A program made the position numbers and the translations under genes. This document shows, one piece after another, positions 18,206 through 27,331 of a stretch of DNA of 64,000 nucleotides; position 1 is the first letter of the stretch; each line of letters opens with the position of its first letter. Origin of the DNA: Wenzhouxiangellaceae bacterium (lineage in GTDB: Bacteria > Pseudomonadota > Gammaproteobacteria > Xanthomonadales > Wenzhouxiangellaceae); NCBI GenBank assembly GCA_965227925.1, contig CBDDGP010000003.1, forward strand, positions 869,472-933,471, given 5' to 3'. The notes beneath the pieces were generated by a model. The model saw only the letters and a list, made by a program, of their open reading frames with translations. It had not been told where the DNA came from and made no database searches.

Positions 18206-20230
18206 ATGACCGACGCCCCCCTGTTCAAACGCATCCTGATCGCCAATCGCGGCGAGATCGCCTGTCGCATCATCGAGAGTTGCCGGCGCCTGGGAATCGC
18301 GACCGTTGCCGTCCATTCCGAGGCCGATCGCGGCGGCCGGCATGTGCGGATGGCCGACCACGCGGTCGAGATCGGGCCGGCCGAAGCGTCGAAGTCGTAT
18401 CTCCGCGCCGAGCGCGTGATCGAGGCCGCGCGCGCAACCGGAGCCGAGGCGGTCCATCCCGGCTACGGCTTCCTGTCGGAGAATGCCGGGTTCGCCCGCG
18501 CGCTGGCCGAGGCCGGAATCGCGCTGGTCGGCCCCCGCCCCGACACGATCGAGGTCATGGGCTCGAAGGCCCGGGCCAAGGCCCTGATGGACGAGGCCGG
18601 CGTGCCGCTGGTCCCCGGCTACCACGGCGACGATCAGTCCGACGCCACGCTGGCCCGCGAGGCCGAGCGGGTCGGCTTTCCGCTGATGCTCAAGGCCGCG
18701 GCCGGCGGCGGCGGCAAAGGCATGCGCGTGGTTCGCTCGGCCGACGAATTCGAGGATGCGCTCGCTGCCGCCCGACGGGAGGCCGCCTCCGCATTCGGCG
18801 ACGAGCGCATGATCCTGGAGCGCTACGTCGAACGACCGCGGCACATCGAGGCGCAGGTGTTCGGCGATACGCACGGCAACGTGGTTCACCTGTTCGAACG
18901 CGATTGCTCCAGCCAGCGCCGCCACCAGAAGGTCATCGAGGAAGCCCCGGCACCAGGCCTCGATCCGGCGCTGCGCGAGGAGCTGCTGGCAGCTGCAGTA
19001 CGCGCCGCGCGCGCCGTCGATTATCTCGGTGCCGGCACGGTCGAGTTCCTGGTCGATGAGCACGGCTTCTACTTTCTCGAGATGAACACCCGGCTGCAGG
19101 TCGAACACCCGGTGACCGAAGCCGTGACCGGTCTGGACCTGGTCGAGTGGCAGCTGCGGGTGGCCGCTGGTCAGCCGCTGCCCCTGGCACAGGACGAGGT
19201 CGAGTGCCGCGGCCACGCCATCGAGGCGAGGATCTATGCCGAGGATGCCGACGCCGGCTTCCTGCCCGATTCCGGCACGGTGCGTGCGTTGGCCTGGCCC
19301 GATGCTCACTGGGCCCGAATCGATCGCGGCATCGACGTCGGCGATGCGGTCAGCGTTCACTACGACCCGATGATCGCGAAGCTGGTCGTTTCCGGCGAGA
19401 ACCGAAGGGTCTGCCGAGCGCGCCTGCTGGAATCGCTGAGCTCGACCCACATCGCCGGCCTGACCACCAACCTCGGCTTCCTGCAGCAGCTGGCCGCAAG
19501 CGACGCATTCCGCGATTCGACGATCGACACCGGCCTGCTCGATCGAGACCTCGATTCGCTGCTCGACGCCGGGGCCAGACCGCCGGCGTCGGTGATCGCG
19601 GCCGCTGCTCTGTCGTTTCTCGATCCGCCTTCGGCATCGGCGAGCGCGTCGGAAAAGCGCCGGCACGCTGCGGCGGCCTCGCCGTGGCAGGCGACCGACG
19701 GTTGGCGCCTCGGCGCACCCGCGCCGGTCTCGCTCGACCTCGAGATCGCGGGCGTTCGGACGATCGTCCACTGCACGCGGCACGACGACGGGATCGTCGA
19801 GCTCGCGATCGACGACGAAACGCTCGAGCTGCGTCGCAGGCGCGTCGAGGACGGCGTGCAATCGATCACCGTCGACGGCCGATCGACCCGGCTGCGGGTG
19901 CACGGCGACCGCATGGTTCGTGAGATTGCCACCCGGTCGCGTCGCTGGAGCGTTCGCCGCCACGACCGCTTCGAAGCCGTCGGTCCCGCAGGCACGGGGT
20001 CCGGTCGCATCGTCGCCCCGATGCCCGGCAAGGTGCTGGCGCTGCGGGTCGCCGAAGGGGAGTCGGTCGAAGAAGGCCGGACCGTGGCGCTGATGGAAGC
20101 GATGAAGATGGAGCTGTCGATCAAGGCCGAAGTCGGCGGAAGAGTCGCTTCGATCTCGGTCGCGGAAGGCGACCTGGTCGAGGCCGACGCGGTCCTGCTC
20201 GAGATCGACACCGACGTCGACACGGGCTGA
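18206..20230 (+). CDS. liuD: methylcrotonyl-CoA carboxylase, biotin carboxylase/BCCP (alpha) subunit
   Basis: 674 aa. The N-terminal half is an ATP-grasp biotin carboxylase (KILIANRGEIACRI...). The C-terminal biotinyl domain carries EAMKME. Confidence 0.93.
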   Translation: MTDAPLFKRILIANRGEIACRIIESCRRLGIATVAVHSEADRGGRHVRMADHAVEIGPAEASKSYLRAERVIEAARATGAEAVHPGYGFLSENAGFARALAEAGIALVGPRPDTIEVMGSKARAKALMDEAGVPLVPGYHGDDQSDATLAREAERVGFPLMLKAAAGGGGKGMRVVRSADEFEDALAAARREAASAFGDERMILERYVERPRHIEAQVFGDTHGNVVHLFERDCSSQRRHQKVIEEAPAPGLDPALREELLAAAVRAARAVDYLGAGTVEFLVDEHGFYFLEMNTRLQVEHPVTEAVTGLDLVEWQLRVAAGQPLPLAQDEVECRGHAIEARIYAEDADAGFLPDSGTVRALAWPDAHWARIDRGIDVGDAVSVHYDPMIAKLVVSGENRRVCRARLLESLSSTHIAGLTTNLGFLQQLAASDAFRDSTIDTGLLDRDLDSLLDAGARPPASVIAAAALSFLDPPSASASASEKRRHAAAASPWQATDGWRLGAPAPVSLDLEIAGVRTIVHCTRHDDGIVELAIDDETLELRRRRVEDGVQSITVDGRSTRLRVHGDRMVREIATRSRRWSVRRHDRFEAVGPAGTGSGRIVAPMPGKVLALRVAEGESVEEGRTVALMEAMKMELSIKAEVGGRVASISVAEGDLVEADAVLLEIDTDVDTG

Positions 20231-20365
20231 GCCCACCCCGGTCTCCCGGACGAAGTCGGGCCGGGGTCTCGAGCGGGCCCACGCCGTAGAGACGCCCTGG
20301 CCGGCCACCGGCGTCGAGCCTGTAGAATGGCGGGCTGTTCAGCGCTCGTCCGGGAACGCTCTTCG

Positions 20366-21271
20366 ATGACCCAGGAATTCGTCAGGATCTGCGAGGTAGG
20401 ACCGCGCGACGGACTGCAGGACGAGTCCCGCTACGTGCCGGTCGAGACCAAGCTCAAGCTGATCCACCGGCTGGCCGAATGCGGCGTGCCGGTGGTCGAG
20501 GCAACCAGTTTCGTCCATCCGCGCTGGGTGCCCCAGCTGGCGGACGCCGACGACCTGATGGCCGGTCTCGAACGCCGGCGCGGGACGCGCTACCCGGTAC
20601 TGGTGCCCAACGAAAAGGGCTACGACCGGGCCCGCGCAGCCGGCGCCGACGAGGTCGCGGTGTTCTCGGCGGCGTCCGAGGCCTTCAATCAGCGCAACAT
20701 CAATTGCAGTATCGACGAGTCCTTCGAGCGCTTCCGACCGGTGCTCGAACGGGCGCGCGAAGACGGCGTCCGGGTCCGCGGCTACATCTCCTGCGTGCTG
20801 GGCTGCCCCTACCAGGGCAACGTGCCGATTTCCGATGTGGTCCGCGTCGCCCAAGCATTGCTCGACGCGGGCTGCGCGGAGATCTCGCTGGGCGACACGA
20901 TCGGCATCGGTACCGCCGGCAAGGCCCGAGCGATGCTGCGCTCGGTCCTGGACTCGGTGCCCGCGGACAAGCTGGCCGTGCACTACCACGACACCTACGG
21001 CCAGGCGATCGCCAACATCCTCGTCTCGCTCGAACTCGGGCTGCGCACCGTCGACTCCTCGGTCGCCGGGATCGGCGGCTGTCCCTACGCCCGCGGCGCG
21101 ACCGGCAACGTGGCCACCGAGGACGTCGTCTACCTGCTCCACGGCCTGGGCATGGACACGGGCATCGATCTCGACGCGCTGGCCGCCGTAGGCCGCTGGA
21201 TCGCCGGCACGCTGGGTCGCCAGGGCAGCCGCGCGGGCACCGCGATCTACAACAAGAATCACGCAGATTGA
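20366..21271 (+). CDS. liuE: hydroxymethylglutaryl-CoA lyase
   Basis: MTQEFVRICEVGPRDGLQDES... carries the HMGL signature. ...VHYHDTYGQAIAN and GGCPYARGATGNVATED are also present. Confidence 0.92.
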   Translation: MTQEFVRICEVGPRDGLQDESRYVPVETKLKLIHRLAECGVPVVEATSFVHPRWVPQLADADDLMAGLERRRGTRYPVLVPNEKGYDRARAAGADEVAVFSAASEAFNQRNINCSIDESFERFRPVLERAREDGVRVRGYISCVLGCPYQGNVPISDVVRVAQALLDAGCAEISLGDTIGIGTAGKARAMLRSVLDSVPADKLAVHYHDTYGQAIANILVSLELGLRTVDSSVAGIGGCPYARGATGNVATEDVVYLLHGLGMDTGIDLDALAAVGRWIAGTLGRQGSRAGTAIYNKNHAD

Positions 21272-21307
21272 CCCCTTTCCCCACCCCCTATTCGAGGAGA
21301 ACTCCAG

Positions 21308-22078
21308 ATGAAGTTTGAAGGCATCCGCGCAATCATTACCGGCGGGGTTTCCGGCCTGGGCTTCGGCGTCGCCGAGTATTTCGTCGCCGGCGGCGCTCAC
21401 GTGGCCCTGTTCGACGTCAATGAAGAGGCCGGCCGGAGCGCCGTCGACACGCTCGGCACCGACAAGGCCCGTTTCACCCGCGTCGACGTGACCGACGAGC
21501 AGGCCGTGGCCGACGCCGTATCCGAAGCCACCGATGCGATGGGCGGTCTGAACGTCGCGATCAGCTGCGCAGGCATCCTCGGCGCCGGCCGCGTTCTCGG
21601 CCGCGAAGCGCCGATGCCGCTGGAACGATTCCGCTCCACCGTGATGGTCAACCTGGTCGGCAGCTTCAACGTGGCCAAGGCCTGCGCCGACCGGATGCAG
21701 CACAACGAAGCCAACGAGGACGGCGAGCGCGGCGTGATCATCAACACCGCCTCGGTCGCCGCCTGGGAAGGCCAGATCGGCCAGGCGGCCTATTCGGCCT
21801 CGAAGGGCGGCGTGGTTGGCATGACGCTGCCGATGGCCCGGGAGTTCACCCGCTTCGGCATTCGTGTCATGACCATCGCCCCGGGCGTGTTCCACACCCC
21901 GATGGTCGACACCATGCCCGAAGAAGTCCAGCAGGCCCTGGCCGACTCGGTGCCGTTCCCGAAGCGCCTCGGCAAGACCGCGGAGTTCGCCGCCCTGTGC
22001 CGGACCATCGTCGAGAACGCCTACTTCAACGGGTCGGCGATCCGGCTCGACGGCGCAATCCGCCTGGAGCCGAAGTAA
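21308..22078 (+). CDS. short-chain dehydrogenase, 3-hydroxyacyl-CoA dehydrogenase type 2-like
   Basis: ITGGVSGLG is the cofactor-binding motif and YSASKGG is the catalytic YxxxK. Overall similarity is to HSD17B10/FadB2-type SDRs. Confidence 0.85.
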   Translation: MKFEGIRAIITGGVSGLGFGVAEYFVAGGAHVALFDVNEEAGRSAVDTLGTDKARFTRVDVTDEQAVADAVSEATDAMGGLNVAISCAGILGAGRVLGREAPMPLERFRSTVMVNLVGSFNVAKACADRMQHNEANEDGERGVIINTASVAAWEGQIGQAAYSASKGGVVGMTLPMAREFTRFGIRVMTIAPGVFHTPMVDTMPEEVQQALADSVPFPKRLGKTAEFAALCRTIVENAYFNGSAIRLDGAIRLEPK

Positions 22079-22482
22079 TGGACACCTTTTCCGAAGTCGC
22101 CGAGCACGTGGAGGCCCACTTCAACGTGGTTCACAAGGAAAAGTTCGTGCTCGGGCTGGAGGTTCCGATCTCGGAATCCCGCCGGCAGAGCGTCTTCCTC
22201 GCCGAATTGAAGGACGACGACGACCGCCGGATCCTTCGCCTGGAAACCACGGTCTGCCCGCTCGGTGAACAGGACCCGGTCAAGGTGCTGCGGGTCAACC
22301 TGCTGCTCCGCGGCGGCTACCTGGCCATCGGCGACATGGAGGGCGTGCCGTTCCTCAAGCTGTGCGACAACCTCCAGGTCCGCCACCTGTCGGCCGCCGC
22401 GCTCAGCGATCGCATCAAGCGGCTCGCCAAGCTCGGCGACGAGATGGAGGAAACCCTGACCCACGGGCACGATTATTTCTGA
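22078..22482 (+). CDS. hypothetical acidic protein, translationally coupled to the SDR gene (TAATG)
   Basis: 134-aa ORF. I recognise no motif. It possibly has a YbjN/secretion-chaperone-like fold, but that is only an impression from its size and charge. Confidence 0.5.
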   Translation: MDTFSEVAEHVEAHFNVVHKEKFVLGLEVPISESRRQSVFLAELKDDDDRRILRLETTVCPLGEQDPVKVLRVNLLLRGGYLAIGDMEGVPFLKLCDNLQVRHLSAAALSDRIKRLAKLGDEMEETLTHGHDYF

Positions 22483-22570
22483 TCGACCGGTACGCGTTAG
22501 TCTCGCGCAGTCATCCTTTCCCAAACCAGGAATCACCGTGCCGGAGCAAAGGCATCGAAGGGAGTAAGCA

Positions 22571-23398
22571 ATGGACGCAGTTATGGAGTATTTGAGCAAC
22601 CTCGACACCGCAACGCTGATCGGCTGGGCCTGGAAGCTGATAGCCGCGCTACTGATCTTCTTCATCGGCCGCATCGTCGCCAAGCTGATCGCCAGCTTCC
22701 TCGCCAAGCTGATGCGCAAGCGCGGCATCGAAGACATGCTGGCCAACTTCCTGAGCGTGGTGCTCTACGCGATCCTTCTGGTCGCCGTGATCATCGCCGC
22801 GATTTCGCAGCTCGGTATCCAGACCACGCCGCTGATCGCCGTGCTGGGTGCGGCGGGGCTGGCGGTCGGCCTAGCCCTGCAGAACTCGCTGGGCAACCTC
22901 GCCGCCGGCGTGATGATCGTGCTGTTCCGGCCATTCACCAAGGGCGATTACGTGGAAGCTGCGGGAACGTCGGGTACGGTCACCGATGTGGGTCTGTTCC
23001 AATCGGTCCTGAACACGCCGGACAACCGACGCGTCATCGTGCCGAACGGTCAGATCACCAGCGAAAACATCACCAATTATTCGGCCTACGACACCCGCCG
23101 CATCGACCTGATCATCGGCGTGGGCTACGGCGACGACCTGAAGGTCGCCCGCAGCACGATCGAGAAGGTCCTGAACGACCACGAGAAGGTTCTCGACGAC
23201 CCGGCTCCGGTCATCTGGGTGATGGAGCTGGGCGATTCGAGCGTGAATTTCGCGGTCCGTCCGTGGGTCCAGGCGCCCGATTACTGGGGCGTCCGCAGCG
23301 AGCTGCTCGAATCGCTCAAGGTCGAACTCGAGACCGCCGGCTGCGAGATTCCGTTTCCGCAGCGCGACGTGCACCTGCACCAGGTCGAAGCCGACTGA
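22571..23398 (+). CDS. mscS: small-conductance mechanosensitive channel (MscS family)
   Basis: 275 aa. Three TM helices include the pore helix AVLGAAGLAVGLALQNSLGNLAAGVMI, followed by the beta-domain GTVTDVGLFQSVLNTPDNRRVIVPNG. Confidence 0.92.
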   Translation: MDAVMEYLSNLDTATLIGWAWKLIAALLIFFIGRIVAKLIASFLAKLMRKRGIEDMLANFLSVVLYAILLVAVIIAAISQLGIQTTPLIAVLGAAGLAVGLALQNSLGNLAAGVMIVLFRPFTKGDYVEAAGTSGTVTDVGLFQSVLNTPDNRRVIVPNGQITSENITNYSAYDTRRIDLIIGVGYGDDLKVARSTIEKVLNDHEKVLDDPAPVIWVMELGDSSVNFAVRPWVQAPDYWGVRSELLESLKVELETAGCEIPFPQRDVHLHQVEAD

Positions 23399-23420
23399 CC
23401 ACAGCCGGCACCCGAATCGC

Positions 23421-23846
23421 TCAGGAAGGGTCGCCCGGCGGCCCCCAGAGCATCCGGTCGAGCGCACGCTCGGGGCTGAACGCCTCGAGATCGATCTTGC
23501 CGTCGACGAACACGACGCCTTCATCCTCCAGCCGCTGCCGCTGCAGGCGATGCGGCGTGGATCCCGGCTTGAAGCTGATTGCACCCTGGGCATTGACGAC
23601 CCGATGCCAGGGCAACTCCAGGCGCTTCGGGGCCCGGCCGAGTGCGCGGCCGACCATACGAGCCCGGCCCGCCAGCCCGGCCAGCCGGGCCACCTCGCCG
23701 TAGTTCAGTACTGACCCTCGCGGAATGCCCGCCACGACCGTCCAGATCCGCTGGAAGCGGTCATCGGCTGCGTTGGTCGTCGTCGAAGTCGTCGAGGTCG
23801 AGGCCACGTCCGCGTGCTGCGCTGAGCGTGCGCGAAAGCATACCAT
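23421..23846 (-). CDS. alkyltransferase-like (ATL) protein, MGMT DNA-binding domain lacking the acceptor cysteine
   Basis: IPRGSVLNYGEVARLAG...LPWHRVV carries Trp in place of Cys of the PCHRV motif, as in ATL proteins. The start is uncertain: ATG at 23846 overlaps trmJ by 86 nt, and an in-frame GTG at 23807 is an alternative. Confidence 0.75.
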   Translation of the reverse strand: MVCFRARSAQHADVASTSTTSTTTNAADDRFQRIWTVVAGIPRGSVLNYGEVARLAGLAGRARMVGRALGRAPKRLELPWHRVVNAQGAISFKPGSTPHRLQRQRLEDEGVVFVDGKIDLEAFSPERALDRMLWGPPGDPS

Positions 23847-24525
23847 TGAGCATGTTCAACTCATCATCGTCGGGGCGCGCGCGCATGAACACCCGGCGCA
23901 GGCGTCGGTGCAGGGTCTCGTCCTGGCCCGGCGTGCTGAACCGGATGACCCGCAGCGTTTCCTCGAGCCGCTGGAAGAACACCTCGAGCCGGTCGGCCGT
24001 CGCCGGGCGGGCTTCCGGTCGCTTCGGCCGGACCGCTTCATCGCGACCGGCGAGGTGGAACTCGTAGGCCATGACCTGCACCGCCTGGGCCAGGTTCAGC
24101 GACGTGTAGTCAGGGCCGGTGGGAATCTGGACCAGCGCATTGCACCGGTCCATCGAAGCATTGTCCAGGCCCGATCGTTCGCAACCGAACAGCACCGCGA
24201 CGGGCCCCGGCTGGAGCAGCGCCTGGCGGGCTGCTTCGCGAGGTTCCAGCATCGGTTGGGCGACGTCGCGCGCCCGGTGGCTGGTGCCGATCACCCAGAC
24301 GCAATCCTCGATGGCCTCGCCCAGGGACCGGTGCACGCCGGCGCGGGCCAGCAGATCATCGGCGCCGGCCGCGAGCGCCGTGGCCTCGGCGTTAGGAAAC
24401 GTGGCCGGTGCGACGAGGCGCAGATCGCCCAGCCCCATGACCTTCATCGCCCGTGCCGCCGAGCCGATGTTGCCGGGGTGCGAAGTGCGCTCGAGCACGA
24501 ATCGGATGGGCGCGAGTCGATCCAT
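23761..24525 (-). CDS. trmJ: tRNA (cytidine/uridine-2'-O-)-methyltransferase TrmJ
   Basis: IRFVLERTSHPGNIGSAARAMKVMG...LFGCERSGL...IPTGPDYTSLNLAQAV is the SpoU/TrmH fold with TrmJ-type spacing. Confidence 0.9.
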   Translation of the reverse strand: MDRLAPIRFVLERTSHPGNIGSAARAMKVMGLGDLRLVAPATFPNAEATALAAGADDLLARAGVHRSLGEAIEDCVWVIGTSHRARDVAQPMLEPREAARQALLQPGPVAVLFGCERSGLDNASMDRCNALVQIPTGPDYTSLNLAQAVQVMAYEFHLAGRDEAVRPKRPEARPATADRLEVFFQRLEETLRVIRFSTPGQDETLHRRLRRVFMRARPDDDELNMLNGMLSRTLSAARGRGLDLDDFDDDQRSR

Positions 24526-24650
24526 CCTCGCAGTCTAGCCGCTCACGCTCGCAGCCAGGCGACGAGAGCCCGCCGACCGGGCCCGGGGCGCGTCGGTCCC
24601 CTGCGGTCTGCTATCCTTGCCGGCTTGCCCTCGATCGAGAACGAGCACCG

Positions 24651-25487
24651 GTGACGAACCCGTTCCTGAACACTGCCATCGAAGCAGCCCACAAGGGCGG
24701 CGACCTGCTGATGAAGTACCGCGACCGGGTCGATTCCATCCCCGTCGAGCGCAAGGCGCGCGGCGACTACGCCAGCGAAATCGATCGTGCCTGCGAAGCG
24801 CTGATCCGCACCGAACTCAAGCGTCGCTACCCGGACCATGCCGTGGTTGGCGAAGAGGACGGCAGGACCGGCGACAGCGAGCACGTCTGGCTGGTCGATC
24901 CGATCGACGGCACCAGCAACTACCTGCGCGGCATCCCGCACTACGCGATCTCGATCGCCCAGGTCGTCAAGGGGCGGGTCGAACACGGCGTGGTCTACGA
25001 TCCGGCGCGCGACGAACTGTTCGCCGCCAGCCGCGGCCAGGGCGCGACGCTGAACAATCGCCGGATCCGCGTTTCCGGGCGCAACACCCTGTCCGGAGCC
25101 GTGCTCGGCGCGGCCTTTCCGTTCCGGTCGCGCCGCCTGCTGCCGGCCTACATGAGCATGTTCGATGCCCTGTTCGACGAGGCCGAGGACATCCGTCGCG
25201 CCGGCGCCGCCTCGCTGGATCTGGCGTACGTCGCCTGCGGCCGTCTCGACGGCTACTGGGAACTCGCGCTCAAGCCGTGGGACATCGCCGCTGGCGCGCT
25301 GCTGGTCCAGGAGGCCGGCGGGGTCGTCATGGACATCGCCGGCGGCGATCGCTGGCTGCAATCGGGCCATGTCCTGGCCGCCCCGTTCAAGCTGATCACT
25401 CCCCTGCGCAAGGCGATCGAGCCGCATTTGACCGAATCTTTGATCGCGCGAACGCGCAGCGCCGATTCGAGCGACGTGCCGTCCTGA
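24651..25487 (+). CDS. suhB: inositol monophosphatase family protein SuhB
   Basis: GTG start at 24651. Motifs seen are VVGEE, WLVDPIDGTSNY and WDIAAG. It is divergent from trmJ, as in many gammaproteobacteria. Confidence 0.9.
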   Translation: MTNPFLNTAIEAAHKGGDLLMKYRDRVDSIPVERKARGDYASEIDRACEALIRTELKRRYPDHAVVGEEDGRTGDSEHVWLVDPIDGTSNYLRGIPHYAISIAQVVKGRVEHGVVYDPARDELFAASRGQGATLNNRRIRVSGRNTLSGAVLGAAFPFRSRRLLPAYMSMFDALFDEAEDIRRAGAASLDLAYVACGRLDGYWELALKPWDIAAGALLVQEAGGVVMDIAGGDRWLQSGHVLAAPFKLITPLRKAIEPHLTESLIARTRSADSSDVPS

Positions 25488-25603
25488 CTGCCTGGACCTC
25501 GTCTAGAGATCGTCGAGAGTTCGTCGAGACGTCGTCACGAGTTCATCGCGATGACGCCACAGGTGCATCGCGAAGTCGTTCATGGCCTCCCCGGCGACGA
25601 GCG

Positions 25604-27331
25604 TCAGCCGTCACCGCCGACGCGCAGCCGGCCGCCGTCCATCCGCCACTCCCGATCCGGTGCCCAGCCGGGGATCCGATCGTGCGACAGGACGATCAGA
25701 GTGCGGCCGGCCAGCCAGGGCTCGATGCCCGCTGCGACCCGGCCCGCGGTCGCTGCATCGAGCCCGGCGAAAGGCTCGTCGAGCACCAGCAGGCCACGCC
25801 GGGTCAGCAGCACCCGCGCGAGTGCCAGGCGCCGCGCCTGGCCGCCGGAAAGACCGGCACCCCGCTCTCCCAGCCAGCTTGCAAGGCCTTGCGGAAGCCC
25901 TCGGGCCCAGGCCGCCAGGTCGACCGCCTCGAGTACTGCGTCGAGACGCGCCGCTGAAGCGTCGGGATCGCCGAGCCGCAGATTGGCCTCGAGCGTATCG
26001 CTGAACAGCATCGGCGCCTGCTCCAGCCTGCCCGTGCGTTGCAACCGGACCGCTTCGTCCTGAAGGAACAGGTTCTCGCCGTCGAGCAGGACCGAGCCGC
26101 TCGACGGTTCGAGCTCACCGGTGATGATCCGGCCGAGCGTGGACTTGCCGCAGCCGCTGTCTCCACCGATGACCACGCGTTCGCCCGGTTCCAGCGCCAG
26201 ATCGACCTCCGTGAGGACGCTGGCCTGGACCGGGCTCCACCGAAACGATACGCCCTCGAGAACGACTTCGGGCGCGGACGAGTCGCGCTTGATCTCGCCG
26301 TCGTTCGCCGAGCCGCCCTGCATTGAGCGGTCCGTCACTCGGCGCACCACCGGCGCGTCGGCGTCGTTCCCCGGCCCGCTCCCCAGCCGTTCGATCCGAC
26401 GCGCGGCTTCGGCGCAGTTGGCGCGCAGGACCCATCCGCCCGGCAATGCTTGCAGCGCTTCGACCAGGCCGAGCATCAGCAGCGCCAGGCCCGCTGCTGC
26501 GGGCCCCGAGAGCCGGTCGGCTCCGACCAGCGCGAGGCCGCCGATCAGGACCGCCCAGAACGCGAGGTAGGCAAGTGCACTGGTCGCAGCCTGGCCCAGG
26601 GCCTCGAGACGTCGCTGCCGTCGTTGGGCCTCGACCTGCCCGACCGCATGATCGGCGACGCGAACGGACCGTTCTGCGGCACGGCCGACGCTGATCAGCT
26701 CGGCCAGGCCGTCGACCCAGCGGGTCATTTCGATGCGCAGGCGCGCGTTGTTCTGCACGATCCGTCGACCCGGCGCCGCGCCAGCGCGCTGCAGCCCCAC
26801 GAGGACCAGGAGTGTGACCAGGGGCAGGACGAGCCCGACGGGCAGCAGCGCAGGGGCCAGCCAGGCCATCGCCGCGATCGCGAACACGACGCCGCCGAGC
26901 GCCCCGACATTGGGAAGAAGCCAGCGCGGCACCAGGAGATCGAGGGTGTCGATATCGCGCGTCAGTCGGGTCAGCAGGTCGCCTTCGGGGACCGACTCGA
27001 GCCAGCGCACGGGCCGGGTCAGCAGGCGCCGGAACACGCGCAATCGCAGCGCTGTGAGGTGGCGCAGCATCGCATCGTGGCCGGCCAGTCGTTCGCCGTA
27101 GCGGGTCACCGTGCGACCCACTGCGGCGGCCCGGATCGCCGCACCCGGCGTGAAGATGTCGATCATGGCCATGGCGGACAGGCCGACCAGCCCGGCGGCG
27201 GTGATCAACCAGCCCGATACCGCAAGCAGGGCCGCCGCGCACCCGGCCCCGAGCACCGCGAGGACCGCGGCCAGCGCGATCCTGCCGCGGACCCGACCGT
27301 CGGCTCGACCGATTCGCCGCAGCGCGCTCAT
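25604..27331 (-). CDS. cydC: thiol reductant ABC exporter subunit CydC
   Basis: A 6-TM domain plus an NBD (GDSGCGKST, LSGGQARRLALAR, VLDEP). Its start overlaps the cydD stop. Confidence 0.88.
   Translation of the reverse strand: MSALRRIGRADGRVRGRIALAAVLAVLGAGCAAALLAVSGWLITAAGLVGLSAMAMIDIFTPGAAIRAAAVGRTVTRYGERLAGHDAMLRHLTALRLRVFRRLLTRPVRWLESVPEGDLLTRLTRDIDTLDLLVPRWLLPNVGALGGVVFAIAAMAWLAPALLPVGLVLPLVTLLVLVGLQRAGAAPGRRIVQNNARLRIEMTRWVDGLAELISVGRAAERSVRVADHAVGQVEAQRRQRRLEALGQAATSALAYLAFWAVLIGGLALVGADRLSGPAAAGLALLMLGLVEALQALPGGWVLRANCAEAARRIERLGSGPGNDADAPVVRRVTDRSMQGGSANDGEIKRDSSAPEVVLEGVSFRWSPVQASVLTEVDLALEPGERVVIGGDSGCGKSTLGRIITGELEPSSGSVLLDGENLFLQDEAVRLQRTGRLEQAPMLFSDTLEANLRLGDPDASAARLDAVLEAVDLAAWARGLPQGLASWLGERGAGLSGGQARRLALARVLLTRRGLLVLDEPFAGLDAATAGRVAAGIEPWLAGRTLIVLSHDRIPGWAPDREWRMDGGRLRVGGDG

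Noticed and set aside
23761-23846. 86-nt overlap between the ATL gene start and the trmJ 3' end, as a possible unusual gene overlap.
   Set aside because: It more likely reflects start-codon choice. An in-frame GTG at 23807 shortens the overlap, and the extra N-terminal residues (…STSTTSTTTN…) look non-conserved. I cannot decide from sequence alone.
25488-25603. Short repeated TCGTCGAGA-like words in the suhB/cydC convergent spacer.
   Set aside because: There are only two or three imperfect copies with irregular spacing, which is compatible with chance in a short spacer.
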